This document shows, in pieces, positions 10,217-20,713 of a stretch of DNA of 64,000 nt. Made by a program: the position numbers and the translations under genes. Numbering within the stretch: position 1 is the first letter of the stretch; each line of letters starts with the position of its first letter. Origin of the DNA: Candidatus Poribacteria bacterium (GTDB lineage: Bacteria > Poribacteria > WGA-4E > PCPOR2b); NCBI GenBank assembly GCA_965116925.1, contig OZ220744.1, forward strand, positions 1,184,001-1,248,000, read 5' to 3'. Below the pieces are notes generated by a model, which had not been told where the DNA came from, ran no database searches, and saw only the letters and a program-made list of their open reading frames with translations.

Positions 10217-11482
10217 ATGCAGATTCAATCACCAAAGGGGACGAGAGACATCCTCCCTTCAGAAGTTCAGACATGGCAATGGGTTGAGGGGGTTGCGCGG
10301 TCCGTTTTTGGCACTTACGGGTATCAGGAAATCCGTACGCCAATTTTTGAAAGCACAGACCTTTTTGTGCGCGGAGTCGGCGATACCACTGATATTGTTG
10401 AAAAAGAGATGTACACCTTCAATGACCGGGGCAACCGAAGTGTCTCGTTGCGTCCAGAGGGCACAGCATCAGTCGTGCGCGCCATGCTCCAGAATCGTTT
10501 GATGGACGGTGCTAGCGTCTTAAAATTTTACTATATCGGTCAGATGTTCCGCTATGACCGTCCCCAAGCGGGGCGGTATCGAGAGTTTTGGCAGGTTGGC
10601 ATCGAAGCGTTTGGGGCGGATTCGCCTGCAATTGACGCGGAGATTATCGCAGCGGGACAACAATTCTTCTCGACGCTCGGCATCAAAGATCTCACCTTGC
10701 ACCTCAACAGTATCGGCGATCCAGCCTGTCGTCCAAAGTATGTTGAAGATTTGACAGCGTATGCGAAGGAGCATCTTGACGAGTTGTGCGGAAAATGTTA
10801 TGCACGTCACGAACGAAATCCGATGCGGATCTTGGATTGTAAAGAGAGCGGTTGTCGTGCCGTTGTTGCTAACGCACCGCTTCTGTCCAATTATCTGTGT
10901 GCCCCCTGCCGTGAGAATTTCGATATGGTAAAGAGTTATCTTGACGAACTCGAAATTGATTATCACGAAGATCCGTATATCGTTAGAGGGCTGGATTACT
11001 ACTCTCGCACCGCATTTGAATTTACAGCGGGTGGATTGGGTGCACAGAACGCAATCGGGGGTGGCGGTCGGTATGACTATCTAGCAGAAGAAATCGGGGG
11101 TGCTCCAACACCCGGCATCGGATTCGCACTCGGTATGGACCGAATTATCATCGCCTTAGATGCCCAGAACGTTAAGGTGCCAACCGCTGCGCCGGTGGAT
11201 GTCTATCTCACGGTGTTAGGGGACGCAGCGATGCCTATAGCCCTGCAACTGGCACGAGATCTGCGTGAGAATGGCGTCAAAACCGATCTTGAGTTCAAAG
11301 GGCGTGGCTTGCGAGCACAGATGAGGACTGCAAACAAACTGAACGCACGGTATGTAATCATGATCGGCGAAGATGAAATCAACAATGCAGCTGCAACGGT
11401 GCGAGATATGGGGAGTGGTGATCAGCAATCGGTTCCGTTCCAACAGTTAGCGGAAATGATGCGTGAAAAGGTAGATAGCTAG
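10217..11482 (+). CDS. hisS: histidine--tRNA ligase
   Basis: PKGTRD, LRPEGTA, RGLDYY, GGGGRYD. Confidence 0.97.
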   Translation: MQIQSPKGTRDILPSEVQTWQWVEGVARSVFGTYGYQEIRTPIFESTDLFVRGVGDTTDIVEKEMYTFNDRGNRSVSLRPEGTASVVRAMLQNRLMDGASVLKFYYIGQMFRYDRPQAGRYREFWQVGIEAFGADSPAIDAEIIAAGQQFFSTLGIKDLTLHLNSIGDPACRPKYVEDLTAYAKEHLDELCGKCYARHERNPMRILDCKESGCRAVVANAPLLSNYLCAPCRENFDMVKSYLDELEIDYHEDPYIVRGLDYYSRTAFEFTAGGLGAQNAIGGGGRYDYLAEEIGGAPTPGIGFALGMDRIIIALDAQNVKVPTAAPVDVYLTVLGDAAMPIALQLARDLRENGVKTDLEFKGRGLRAQMRTANKLNARYVIMIGEDEINNAAATVRDMGSGDQQSVPFQQLAEMMREKVDS

Positions 11483-11557
11483 AAGGTGGCCAATAAGGTT
11501 TATCACCTTGAGGAATGAAATTGTACTTTTTACAGATTGAAGGAGATAATTAGAGCA

Positions 11558-13336
11558 ATGCCTGAGATGAAAAGGACACATTATTGCGGAGAATTACGGA
11601 TCGCCGATGCCGGTGAATCGGTACGACTCACCGGTTGGGTATCCCGCCGCCGGGATCACGGCGGCGTGATTTTTGTAGATCTACGTGATCGAACCGGGAT
11701 CACGCAAGTGGTCTTCGATCCATTGATCGACCCCGAAGCACACCGGGCTGCAGGCGTGATTCGCAACGAATTTGTGCTAAGTGTCAGTGGAAAGGTGCGG
11801 GAGCGGGGTGAGGGACTGACTAACCCCAACCTCCTTACCGGCGAGATTGAACTGGCGACGGATGAATTGGAAATCCTGAATGCTGCGAGGACACCGCCAT
11901 TTGCTGTCGAGGACGAGATTGATACAGCCGAGGACGTGCGCCTAACACATCGTTACGTTGATCTCCGCCGTCCTAAAATGCAGAAGATATTACAGGTTCG
12001 GCACAAAGCTGCCCTTGCTGCGCGGAAGTATATGGATGAGCAAGGCTTCCTCGAAATCGAAACACCTATCTTGATGAACAGCACCCCCGAAGGTGCGCGG
12101 GATGTACTGGTGCCAAGCCGACATAACCCCGGTGAATTCTACGCGCTGCCGCAATCACCCCAGCAGTTCAAGCAGATCTTGATGATGAGCGGCGTGGACC
12201 GTTACTTCCAGATTCCGCGCTGCTTCCGTGATGAAGACACCCGCGCGGATAGGCAGCTTGAGTTCACGCAGCTCGATCTTGAGATGTCATTTGCAACTGT
12301 GGACGACGTGCTTGAAGTTACAGAGGGTTTGATGAAACGGATGTTTGAAGAAGCGGCCGGTATTTCTGTGCCAACACCCTTTCCACGCATACCGTATGAT
12401 GAATCAATGGCACGATTCGGCAATGACAAACCGGACACACGATTCGGAATGGAACTCTCCGACCTCTCAGATCTAGTGGCGGACTGCGATTTCAAGGTGT
12501 TTACGGGTGCCTTGGCAAACGATGGGCAGGTAAAAGGATTAGCCGTTCCCGCCGGAGCGTCACTTTCTCGAAGGGAAATTGATGATCTCACAGAGTTTGT
12601 CGCCATCTATAGAGCAAAAGGGTTAGCGTGGATTAAGGTAACAGAGTCGGGTGATTTTGAATCAAGTATTGTCAAGTTTTTCAATGAAGACACCCTCAAA
12701 GCGGTTAGCGAAAGGATGGAAGCAAAGCCGGGCGATTTAATGGTGTTTGTCGCAGATAGACCAAAGATTGTTGCGGACGCTCTGTGCAATCTCCGACTCC
12801 ATCTTGGAAACAAACTCAATCTAATTGATGAAAATCAATTTCACTTCCTATGGGTTGTAGATTATCCGCTGTTCGATTGGGATGAAGTGGAGCAGCGATA
12901 CGAGCCGTTCCATCACCTTTTTACTGCGCCAACGGATGAGAGCATTCCACTGTTGGACACCGATCCAGGCAAAGCCCAATCGCTGCATTATGATCTGATT
13001 ATCAACGGCATCGAGATCTGTAGTGGTAGCGTCCGAATCCATCAACAAGAGATTCAACAGAAAGTTCTTGAGATCTTAAAAATCAAACCCGAAGAGGCAG
13101 AACAACGATTCGGTTATTTTATCGAAGCACTGCAGTACGGTACGCCGCCACACGCAGGAATCGCACCGGGGCTGGACCGAATTGTGATGCTGATGACCGG
13201 CGAAGAAAATATCCGTGAAGTCATCGCGTTTCCAAAGACGCAGAGTGGGTTATGTCTCCTCACCGGAGCACCGTCTGCAGTTGACGAGGACCAGCTTCAG
13301 GAGTTGTCGATCCGGGTTGATGCGGTTGAAGATTAA
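11558..13336 (+). CDS. aspS: aspartate--tRNA ligase (probably non-discriminating Asp/Asn)
   Basis: RTHYCGELR, RDHGG, LPQSPQQFKQ, RCFRDED, GTPPHAG, FPKT. Confidence 0.97.
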   Translation: MPEMKRTHYCGELRIADAGESVRLTGWVSRRRDHGGVIFVDLRDRTGITQVVFDPLIDPEAHRAAGVIRNEFVLSVSGKVRERGEGLTNPNLLTGEIELATDELEILNAARTPPFAVEDEIDTAEDVRLTHRYVDLRRPKMQKILQVRHKAALAARKYMDEQGFLEIETPILMNSTPEGARDVLVPSRHNPGEFYALPQSPQQFKQILMMSGVDRYFQIPRCFRDEDTRADRQLEFTQLDLEMSFATVDDVLEVTEGLMKRMFEEAAGISVPTPFPRIPYDESMARFGNDKPDTRFGMELSDLSDLVADCDFKVFTGALANDGQVKGLAVPAGASLSRREIDDLTEFVAIYRAKGLAWIKVTESGDFESSIVKFFNEDTLKAVSERMEAKPGDLMVFVADRPKIVADALCNLRLHLGNKLNLIDENQFHFLWVVDYPLFDWDEVEQRYEPFHHLFTAPTDESIPLLDTDPGKAQSLHYDLIINGIEICSGSVRIHQQEIQQKVLEILKIKPEEAEQRFGYFIEALQYGTPPHAGIAPGLDRIVMLMTGEENIREVIAFPKTQSGLCLLTGAPSAVDEDQLQELSIRVDAVED

Positions 13337-13459
13337 CCAAATTTCTATAGTCGTTGACATCGGTCTTGTACCTGATCCCACTATCTGTTTTGCGAAACTC
13401 CTCTCAGCGATCTGCCGTTACAATTAAGGGGGATTTGTTGCCAGAAAGATACAGGGTCA

Positions 13460-14359
13460 ATGCTGCTTCTGTGTCAAGGTAGACACATGTTTCCTGACGA
13501 AAGGGCAAAAACGGAAATGGCCGCAATGATAGAAGATATCCATTTCAGTCCAGAGGATCGGCAGTTCATTGACCGAGCCATAGATTTTTGCCAACGAATG
13601 GGCGAACGGGCAGTCCTCATGTTAGTTGGGAGTCGTGCCGCTAACTTTGCCGATGAATGGTCGGACCTTGACCTGTGCATCATTGGTGATAAGCAGTGCC
13701 TTTCCGATGCGGATCGTAAAACTTATGAACAAAGCCGACAACTCTTCGTCGATCGGGGCGATTATGAAGCCCACTGGTCGTTTTTTGACGAAGGTGACCT
13801 GCGAACATGGTTGGAAACATGGCCCAATGAAATGATGTGGCTTATTGCCACTGCGCAGACCCTCTACGGTTGTTCAAGTACCGCCGAAGAGTTGAAGCAT
13901 CATTATCGCCTGTATCCGCTAGCAGTCGCGGAAAGTAAGTTAAAATGGATGTTCGGCAAGTATTATTACTCGCAACGCGGTCCCTTAGCTATGGCAGCTC
14001 GGAAACACACGGAAATGGCGTTTATTGCGGTTGGAAACGTCATTGAGTACCTCTGCAAAATTTGCTGCATTGCTGACAGGCAGCCCTTTCCCTACAGCAA
14101 ATGGCTGGTTGCAGCAGCTAAACAGACGCAACTGGGCGCAATAGTATATCCTTCAATTCAACGGGCGGTAGGGGGCATTGAAGAATTGATCAGCCCACCA
14201 ACTGACCGTCATTGGCGCGACTGGTTGCCGGTGAAAGAATTGCGGGCGACGTTACCGATTGTTCAAAACGGGCTGAAAGAACTGGGATGGGTTTACGATT
14301 GGATTGACAATCCGGAGAGAGTTTACTTCGAGGAGACAGTGAGACGACCTGAACCCTAA
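13460..14359 (+). CDS. nucleotidyltransferase-domain protein (DUF4037-like)
   Basis: VGSRA..ADEWSDLD (GS..DxD) and PFPYSKWL; start uncertain. Confidence 0.6.
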   Translation: MLLLCQGRHMFPDERAKTEMAAMIEDIHFSPEDRQFIDRAIDFCQRMGERAVLMLVGSRAANFADEWSDLDLCIIGDKQCLSDADRKTYEQSRQLFVDRGDYEAHWSFFDEGDLRTWLETWPNEMMWLIATAQTLYGCSSTAEELKHHYRLYPLAVAESKLKWMFGKYYYSQRGPLAMAARKHTEMAFIAVGNVIEYLCKICCIADRQPFPYSKWLVAAAKQTQLGAIVYPSIQRAVGGIEELISPPTDRHWRDWLPVKELRATLPIVQNGLKELGWVYDWIDNPERVYFEETVRRPEP

Positions 14360-14436
14360 ACACCGACGAACCGGAATTAGAACGACAAACGGCTATGTCG
14401 GGCATGACTCTTGCACGAGATATTACGTGATTTTCA

Positions 14437-15426
14437 ATGACGACGAAGGAGAAATTTGAGATGGAGAAAGAGCAGTTGCTCGAAAAACGAATTGCGGTGT
14501 TGATGGGTGGAAAATCAGGCGAGAGACAGGTGTCATTGCGATCTGGAGCGCGGATCACTGCTGCACTCGAACGGCTTGGTGCAAATGTGGTGACAATAGA
14601 TCCAATCGACCTCGATTGGGTGGAGCGGATGCGAACTGACTTGATTGAAATTGCATTTCTAGGGGTGCACGGCAAAGGTTGTGAGGATGGAACGATTCAA
14701 GGCGTTTTAGAGGCGTTTGAGTTTGGCTACACCGGTTCCGGGGTGCTTGCAAGTGCGCTAGCAATGAATAAGGTCATGACCAAGCGGGTGCTTTCAACGC
14801 AGGACATCCCGACACCGGACTACCTTGCGGTTGACCCGAACCAAGATTTAGATCCGCAATGCGAGGAGGCAATCGATCGTCTGGGATTGCCGCTTGTAAT
14901 TAAACCTGCATCGGAGGGTTCAAGCATTGGCGTATCGATTATTTCTGAGCTGCCAGAGGTCAGGCTGATCGCCCATAAAACCCAGCATCAGTTTGGGGAA
15001 ATCTTATTTGAGCGATATATCCAGGGGCAGGAAGTCACTGTCGGATTGCTGGGCATTAATGAAAACCTCCGTGCTTTACCCATACTTGAGCTAGTTCCAA
15101 AACGGGAGTTTTACGACTACGAGGCGAAGTATACCGAGGGGATGACGGAGTTTATTATCCCCGCAAGGTTATCTGATTCGCTCACCGAACAAGTACAGGA
15201 AATTGCACTTGGGACGCACCAAGCGGTCGGTTGTTGGGGATACTCAAGAGTAGATATGTTAGTCGATACCGATGGACAACCCTATGTGATGGAGATTAAT
15301 ACACTGCCGGGTTTGACTGACCTCAGTGATTTACCCGCACAAGCGGCGGCGGCGGGAATGTCTTATGATGAATTGATCTATGAAATCCTAACAAGTGCAC
15401 AAGCTCGTCTTATCGCAGCCGATTAA
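14437..15426 (+). CDS. ddl: D-alanine--D-alanine ligase
   Basis: GGKSGERQVS, HGKGCEDG, GSSIG, FYDYEAKY, EINTLPG. Confidence 0.95.
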   Translation: MTTKEKFEMEKEQLLEKRIAVLMGGKSGERQVSLRSGARITAALERLGANVVTIDPIDLDWVERMRTDLIEIAFLGVHGKGCEDGTIQGVLEAFEFGYTGSGVLASALAMNKVMTKRVLSTQDIPTPDYLAVDPNQDLDPQCEEAIDRLGLPLVIKPASEGSSIGVSIISELPEVRLIAHKTQHQFGEILFERYIQGQEVTVGLLGINENLRALPILELVPKREFYDYEAKYTEGMTEFIIPARLSDSLTEQVQEIALGTHQAVGCWGYSRVDMLVDTDGQPYVMEINTLPGLTDLSDLPAQAAAAGMSYDELIYEILTSAQARLIAAD

Positions 15427-15465
15427 TATCGACGCGTTGGTGGTGCGACTTCTATTTCAATTTAC

Positions 15466-16500
15466 CTACGCAGAGGCAAGTTGCGTAGGTATCACATCGG
15501 AGGCAGCACCTTGTCGAAACTCAATAGCGGAATCAATCATCTTAAAGATATCAAACTGTGGTCGGTAGCCGATGAGCTGTGCGCCTTTGGTGAGATCAAA
15601 CTCATAATAGGTCGGCGTGTTTTCTGCTAACCGAACATCTGCGTAATCCACACCTAGCTTCTGCGCTAGATAAGGCACCGTTTCCTCCCATGTAAAAGGC
15701 TCTGGTCCCGCAAGTTGGAAGGTTTCCCCAATTGCCTCTGGTTTACCAAGTGCGGCTAAGAAACCGAGCACGATATCTCGCACATCTGCGATATGTTTCT
15801 TATAGGATCTTCCGTTCTCATCTCGTGCGATGAGTAGGCGTTCTCCCGCCTCCCCGAACCCCAGTAGTTGTTGGCGAGTCTCGGCGGCTGCACCTGTGGT
15901 TCTGTTTGCGTAGGTATTCTGCCATTGATCAAGACGAAACTGAGCAAAATTCAAGATCTCATCGCCTGCTGCCACAAAGGCAAAGCGAAAAATCGAAATC
16001 GGCAGTTGATAGCTCCGATAATAGCCACGACACATCTCTTCGCCAAGTACCTTTGAAAGTGCGTACCACCCGCCCGGCTTCTGGAGCATTGCGTCTTCGC
16101 GAATCGGTTCTGACAAACCGCCGGGAAGGTATTTCTCGTAGGTTGCATCGGTGCTTGCAAAGAAGAAGTGTTTGAGATTGGTCCCGCTTTCACGGGCAGC
16201 CTCTAACATGTTAAACGTGCCGCGTGCATTAATCTCGAAATAGTCTTCGTTGGAGAAAGGACCGCCGCCCTGGAATGCCGCCCCAAGATGACAGATCGCC
16301 TCTACTCCGGTGACCGCTCTGTTTACATCTGCCGGATTGACCAAACTTCCTTCAACCAATTCAACCGGAAGCCCTTCAAACTTTTCTAACCGTGAATCCT
16401 TTTCCCAAACCAGTCCGCGTATTTCATGCCCTTCATCAATGAGAGCTTTGGCAAGGTTGGCACCGATTCTGCCGGATATGCCAGTAATGAGAATTTTCAT
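15466..16500 (-). CDS. NAD-dependent epimerase/dehydratase
   Basis: MKILITGISGRIG, YALSK; SD AGGAG. Confidence 0.85.
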   Translation of the reverse strand: MKILITGISGRIGANLAKALIDEGHEIRGLVWEKDSRLEKFEGLPVELVEGSLVNPADVNRAVTGVEAICHLGAAFQGGGPFSNEDYFEINARGTFNMLEAARESGTNLKHFFFASTDATYEKYLPGGLSEPIREDAMLQKPGGWYALSKVLGEEMCRGYYRSYQLPISIFRFAFVAAGDEILNFAQFRLDQWQNTYANRTTGAAAETRQQLLGFGEAGERLLIARDENGRSYKKHIADVRDIVLGFLAALGKPEAIGETFQLAGPEPFTWEETVPYLAQKLGVDYADVRLAENTPTYYEFDLTKGAQLIGYRPQFDIFKMIDSAIEFRQGAASDVIPTQLASA

Positions 16501-16645
16501 AAGTGTATCTCCTAACTTTATTGTGAACTCGGCCAATTTTTTATTTGTGATTTTGACCTTATTTTGTTATCATGTTGTTATATTCTACGCAACACTGTTT
16601 TATGTGTCAAAAAGAAAAGCACATAATACCACCTTTTTTATACTT

Positions 16646-16784
16646 TAGGAGTTACGCAGTTCAGTTTGTAGTAGCGCAATTCATTGCGCGTCACGACACA
16701 CGCGCCCGACTATAAACCGAAGATCTGACCGTAGGGGCAACCCTTGTGGTTGCCCGCTTTAAGCGTTCAAGTGCGTAAGTCCTA
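16646..16784. mobile_element. MITE-like element family A, copy 2
   Basis: TAGGAGTTACGCA...TGCGTAAGTCCTA; interior has GTAGCGCAATTCATTGCGC and GTAGGGGCAACCCTTGTGGTTGCCC hairpins. Confidence 0.75.
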
Positions 16785-16804
16785 CTTATCTTTCGGAGTC
16801 TCTC

Positions 16805-18583
16805 ATGTTGATGCGTAATGAAGGCAGAACCTTAAAGAGCCAGATTGTTGTCATGTTCCTTCTAATCGGACTATCTCCGCTGTTTTCCGCCTCAATCCTC
16901 GCTTTCTATTCAAGCCAGAAGACATTGAATCAAGTCGTCGGCAATATAGAACGGGATCTGGCGATTAAGGTTATGGATAAAATTGACCATGAGATAGATA
17001 GTATCAGTCTTTTGGTCGATAATTGGACCAGTTTTGAAAATCGAAAGATTTTGGTGAACGCGGTGATCGAAGGGCAGAAGAAGAGTCGCGAACAATTATT
17101 CGATGAATGGAATCGTGACGGATTAACTTCAACACCCAGCGCACAGTTTCTCAAAAATCTCCAGCGAGCGAGCATAAATTTCAAGGAGATCTTTCTGACC
17201 GATATACGCGGATATGTTGTCGCAGCAACAGACAAAACAAGTGATTTCGATCAAGGTCCGGAAGATGATCCACCGTTCGGCGAAAAATGGTGGGCAGCGG
17301 CGAAAGACAAGGGTGAACATATCGGAGATATTGCCTATGATGAAAGTGCAGGGGTCTACGCCGTTGATGTGAGTATGGGTATTAGAACGGATGACGATGA
17401 AACTGTGGGCATTATAAAGGTGGTCTATAGTGTGGAGAACGTCCCGAAACTCATCGGAGATACAGGCCACGGAACTTCACGGCATTATGAGCTGCTGAAT
17501 CGATACGGTTACATTGTTGCGGCGACTGAGTCGGATCAAGTCGAGATTCTAAAAGATATGTCTCGTGTTGCACTCCCTGATAACAAGGAGATTTGGAAGA
17601 ACAGGGCGGCCAAAAATGGGTTCGCTATCGGCGAGACGGAGAACGAAAAAGTTCTCATGGGTTGGTCCCGTGGTGAAGCGTGGACCGTATTAACATACAG
17701 TCCTCTGGATACAGCCTACGCACCCTTGCACGCGCAGGCACGGTGGCTCATGGGGGTGTCGGCAGTTGCTACCGTTATCATACTCCTCGTTGCGCTGGCG
17801 GTGGGAAATCGTGTGGTCTCCGAATTGCTAGGGAAGGAACTCATGGCGCAAGAGATTCAAACTGCTCAGAGCATGCAGATGGGATTGTTACCCGAATCAC
17901 CTGATATTAGCGAACTTGATTTGGCAGGACGTTGTCTCGCAGCGAACCGTGTCGGTGGGGATTATTACAACTATCTGTGGATGGACGACGATCAGAGAAA
18001 ACTTGCGATCGTCATCGCCGATGTGGCTGGGCACGATATGTCTGCAGCAATCCCTGCCGTGATGTTCTCCGGGATGCTTGATTTCGCTGTCAAAGAGGGG
18101 GCGCCCGGTGCGATGCTCACCGCGCTCAATCAGTCGCTCTGTCAACAACCTAAGCGTACGCCTTTCATCACCTGTTGTGTGGCTATCATTGATCTGGATG
18201 AGAAGCAGATGCAATGGTCAAAAGCAGGTCATCCCGAAATTTATCACTATCAGACAGAATCAGATACTGTCGATGAACTAGCTGCGGAGAGCTATCCGCT
18301 CGGCGTATCTCTGAAAGCGGATTATATAGATGAAACGGTAACCCTGTCCGATGGAGATCTGCTCATTTTTTATACCGATGGACTTCCGGAGGCAGCCAAC
18401 CCCAGCGGGAGGATTTACGGCTATAATCGACTCGAAAGGAGCATCCACCGCGCTGCCCAAGGTGACCTTTCATCGACGGAAAGAATCGATCAAATTATAA
18501 ACGATGTTCGTGGGTTCATTGACAATACTGAGCCGGAAGATGACATAACGGTTGTTGTAGCGAAGGTAACAAAATCCCAATAA
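16805..18583 (+). CDS. membrane sensor PP2C/SpoIIE phosphatase with extracytoplasmic Cache-like domain
   Basis: Two TM helices; VGGDYY, IADVAGH, YTDGLPEA, EDDIT. Confidence 0.88.
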   Translation: MLMRNEGRTLKSQIVVMFLLIGLSPLFSASILAFYSSQKTLNQVVGNIERDLAIKVMDKIDHEIDSISLLVDNWTSFENRKILVNAVIEGQKKSREQLFDEWNRDGLTSTPSAQFLKNLQRASINFKEIFLTDIRGYVVAATDKTSDFDQGPEDDPPFGEKWWAAAKDKGEHIGDIAYDESAGVYAVDVSMGIRTDDDETVGIIKVVYSVENVPKLIGDTGHGTSRHYELLNRYGYIVAATESDQVEILKDMSRVALPDNKEIWKNRAAKNGFAIGETENEKVLMGWSRGEAWTVLTYSPLDTAYAPLHAQARWLMGVSAVATVIILLVALAVGNRVVSELLGKELMAQEIQTAQSMQMGLLPESPDISELDLAGRCLAANRVGGDYYNYLWMDDDQRKLAIVIADVAGHDMSAAIPAVMFSGMLDFAVKEGAPGAMLTALNQSLCQQPKRTPFITCCVAIIDLDEKQMQWSKAGHPEIYHYQTESDTVDELAAESYPLGVSLKADYIDETVTLSDGDLLIFYTDGLPEAANPSGRIYGYNRLERSIHRAAQGDLSSTERIDQIINDVRGFIDNTEPEDDITVVVAKVTKSQ

Positions 18584-18589
18584 GGTGTC

Positions 18590-19888
18590 ATGAAAGATAA
18601 GGATATGACCACACAACCGACTCCCTTCTCTACGAACGATGTGGTGGATACTTCTAATGACGACGAAACCGACGAGCGCATTAAGTTAGTTTCCTTTCGG
18701 GAGTTAGTCCCTGAAATCAAAGATACAGGGTATTTAACACACTCGATTTTTTACTATCCCGCTAAATTTATACCCCATGTTGTAAGATACACACTAGAGT
18801 CCTTCACAAAGGAAGGTGATTGGGTTGTTGATCCGTTTGCAGGTTCCGGGACCGTCGGCGTTGAGGCTTACCTGTGCAAGCGAAATGCGTTTCTACTGGA
18901 CCTGAATCCGCTTTTGAATTATATGATACCACTCAAGGTGCGTACCAAAAAAGACCGATTGCGTGAAGACTGGCTCAGTCAGACGTTAGATAACTTAGAA
19001 AAAAGTAGGCACCACTTCACCCCAGCGTGGTCCAATCTAACGTATTGGTATCCACCCGAAATGCTGGAGACTCTAAGTAGGTACTGGGGATTTATCAAAA
19101 ACAGTAGACGGGACACATACATTACAATCATAGAATCAGCACTCGTGAAGATGAGTAAGCACTTTTCTTATGCAGAGCATAGAACCCCTAAACTGTTCAG
19201 GTCTAAAAGTAAGCACAAATATGTTGAAGAACTGCTACAGACGGATTGGGAAGAAAAATTAAAAGGGATGATTCGGAATCATTCATTCGACACTTTACGA
19301 AATATAAATGACTTTGCAGTACTTACCGACCGTCACAATAACTGTGTTGCGTTTAAGGGTGGGGTAGATTCTTCATACTATCCGTTTCAGCAGGAGTTTG
19401 ATGCCTTAATCACATCACCGCCCTATCTACAAGCCCAAGAATATATGCGGACAGTCAAAATGGAGCTATTTTGGCTAGGTTATAACGATGAAAATATTAG
19501 AAAGTTATCCAGACTTGAAATACCGTATCGGAAGGCGGATAGGATAATTCAAACCCCAACACTGAAAAAAATAAGATCAGAACTCACACGGGCTGACCTC
19601 ACAAAGTTATTAGATTCGTATTTTTGTCATACCATCAACGCCCTTGAGAATGCAATGAATCAGTTAAAAGCGAACGGAACCGCCTGCATTTTCATTGGAA
19701 ATCCGTTGATTGATGGGATAAAGGTTGAAATCTGGCGGATATTGATGGAGTATTTTACGGACAACGGATATCTCTTTGAGAATCTGTATGAAGATCGGAT
19801 AAAGAACAGACAATTATTCGGCACTCGGAAAAATAAAAATCCAGATGGGATGAAGTCTGAATTTTTGCTAATTTTGAGAAAAGGGTGA
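18590..19888 (+). CDS. DNA amino-methyltransferase (probably N4-cytosine, motif I before motif IV)
   Basis: YPAKFIP, DPFAGSGT (motif I), ITSPPY (motif IV). Confidence 0.85.
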   Translation: MKDKDMTTQPTPFSTNDVVDTSNDDETDERIKLVSFRELVPEIKDTGYLTHSIFYYPAKFIPHVVRYTLESFTKEGDWVVDPFAGSGTVGVEAYLCKRNAFLLDLNPLLNYMIPLKVRTKKDRLREDWLSQTLDNLEKSRHHFTPAWSNLTYWYPPEMLETLSRYWGFIKNSRRDTYITIIESALVKMSKHFSYAEHRTPKLFRSKSKHKYVEELLQTDWEEKLKGMIRNHSFDTLRNINDFAVLTDRHNNCVAFKGGVDSSYYPFQQEFDALITSPPYLQAQEYMRTVKMELFWLGYNDENIRKLSRLEIPYRKADRIIQTPTLKKIRSELTRADLTKLLDSYFCHTINALENAMNQLKANGTACIFIGNPLIDGIKVEIWRILMEYFTDNGYLFENLYEDRIKNRQLFGTRKNKNPDGMKSEFLLILRKG

Positions 19889-19960
19889 TAGGTAACGAGA
19901 ACTGTTTAGGAGAGTTGCCTTTCAGGTCATAGACTCTCGACATAGTTGGAGAAGTATGGG

Positions 19961-20698
19961 ATGAGTGACAATTTACGCGAATCTGAAGCCAGAGTGACGC
20001 TTAAAGCTTTGGAATCATCTTACTGCCCTGAACCTATAAAAGAAGCGCGGGAACGGCAGGATGAAATACTGATTGAAAGGTTCCGAGGGCAGCCCTACGC
20101 GATTGCAGATATCGGTTGTGGCACAGGCTACCACGGCTCAATCTTCGCGCCCACTTGCCGACTTTATCACGGTTTTGAGCTATCAACCGATATTGCAGCA
20201 GTTGCTCAAGATAGATGGCGCAGGGAAGGGCTAAATAACACCGAATTATTTCTCGGCGATGCTGCTCAAGCCAAAACACCGAATAATTTTTATGACCTTG
20301 TCTGGTGTTTATACTTTACCCCCGGCAATCTTCGAGAACCATCAACGGATCTGGGTGTTTATACGGACGCATACCTCGATCAAAATCCGAGTTTTATCGC
20401 TATATTCTCGAACTTTTATCGAGCACTGAAACCGGGCGGGTTGATGTTCTTAACGATCTACAAGGATGTGCCGGAGGCTGAGGACGCCCAGATCGATTTC
20501 TACGAGCATACCGATCAGCGTGTAGTAACACCTAGAGGCGGGCGATTTGTGGCGACTGCGGAAAATTTCTGGTCTGCTAGATGGACCGAGCAAAGTCTCT
20601 TATCGAACCTTAAAGCGTGTGGGATTGCCGAGAGTGATGTTATGTTTCGTGACCTAAATCATATCGCATGGCTTGTTGAAATCAGTAAGCAATTATAG
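19961..20698 (+). CDS. class I SAM-dependent methyltransferase
   Basis: ADIGCGTG, GDA, ALKPGG. Confidence 0.85.
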   Translation: MSDNLRESEARVTLKALESSYCPEPIKEARERQDEILIERFRGQPYAIADIGCGTGYHGSIFAPTCRLYHGFELSTDIAAVAQDRWRREGLNNTELFLGDAAQAKTPNNFYDLVWCLYFTPGNLREPSTDLGVYTDAYLDQNPSFIAIFSNFYRALKPGGLMFLTIYKDVPEAEDAQIDFYEHTDQRVVTPRGGRFVATAENFWSARWTEQSLLSNLKACGIAESDVMFRDLNHIAWLVEISKQL

Positions 20699-20713
20699 AG
20701 TAAAGGAGAAATT

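Noticed and set aside
18590..20698. Complete restriction-modification system
   Set aside because: The downstream gene is a class I small-molecule-type methyltransferase; no nuclease motif recognised nearby
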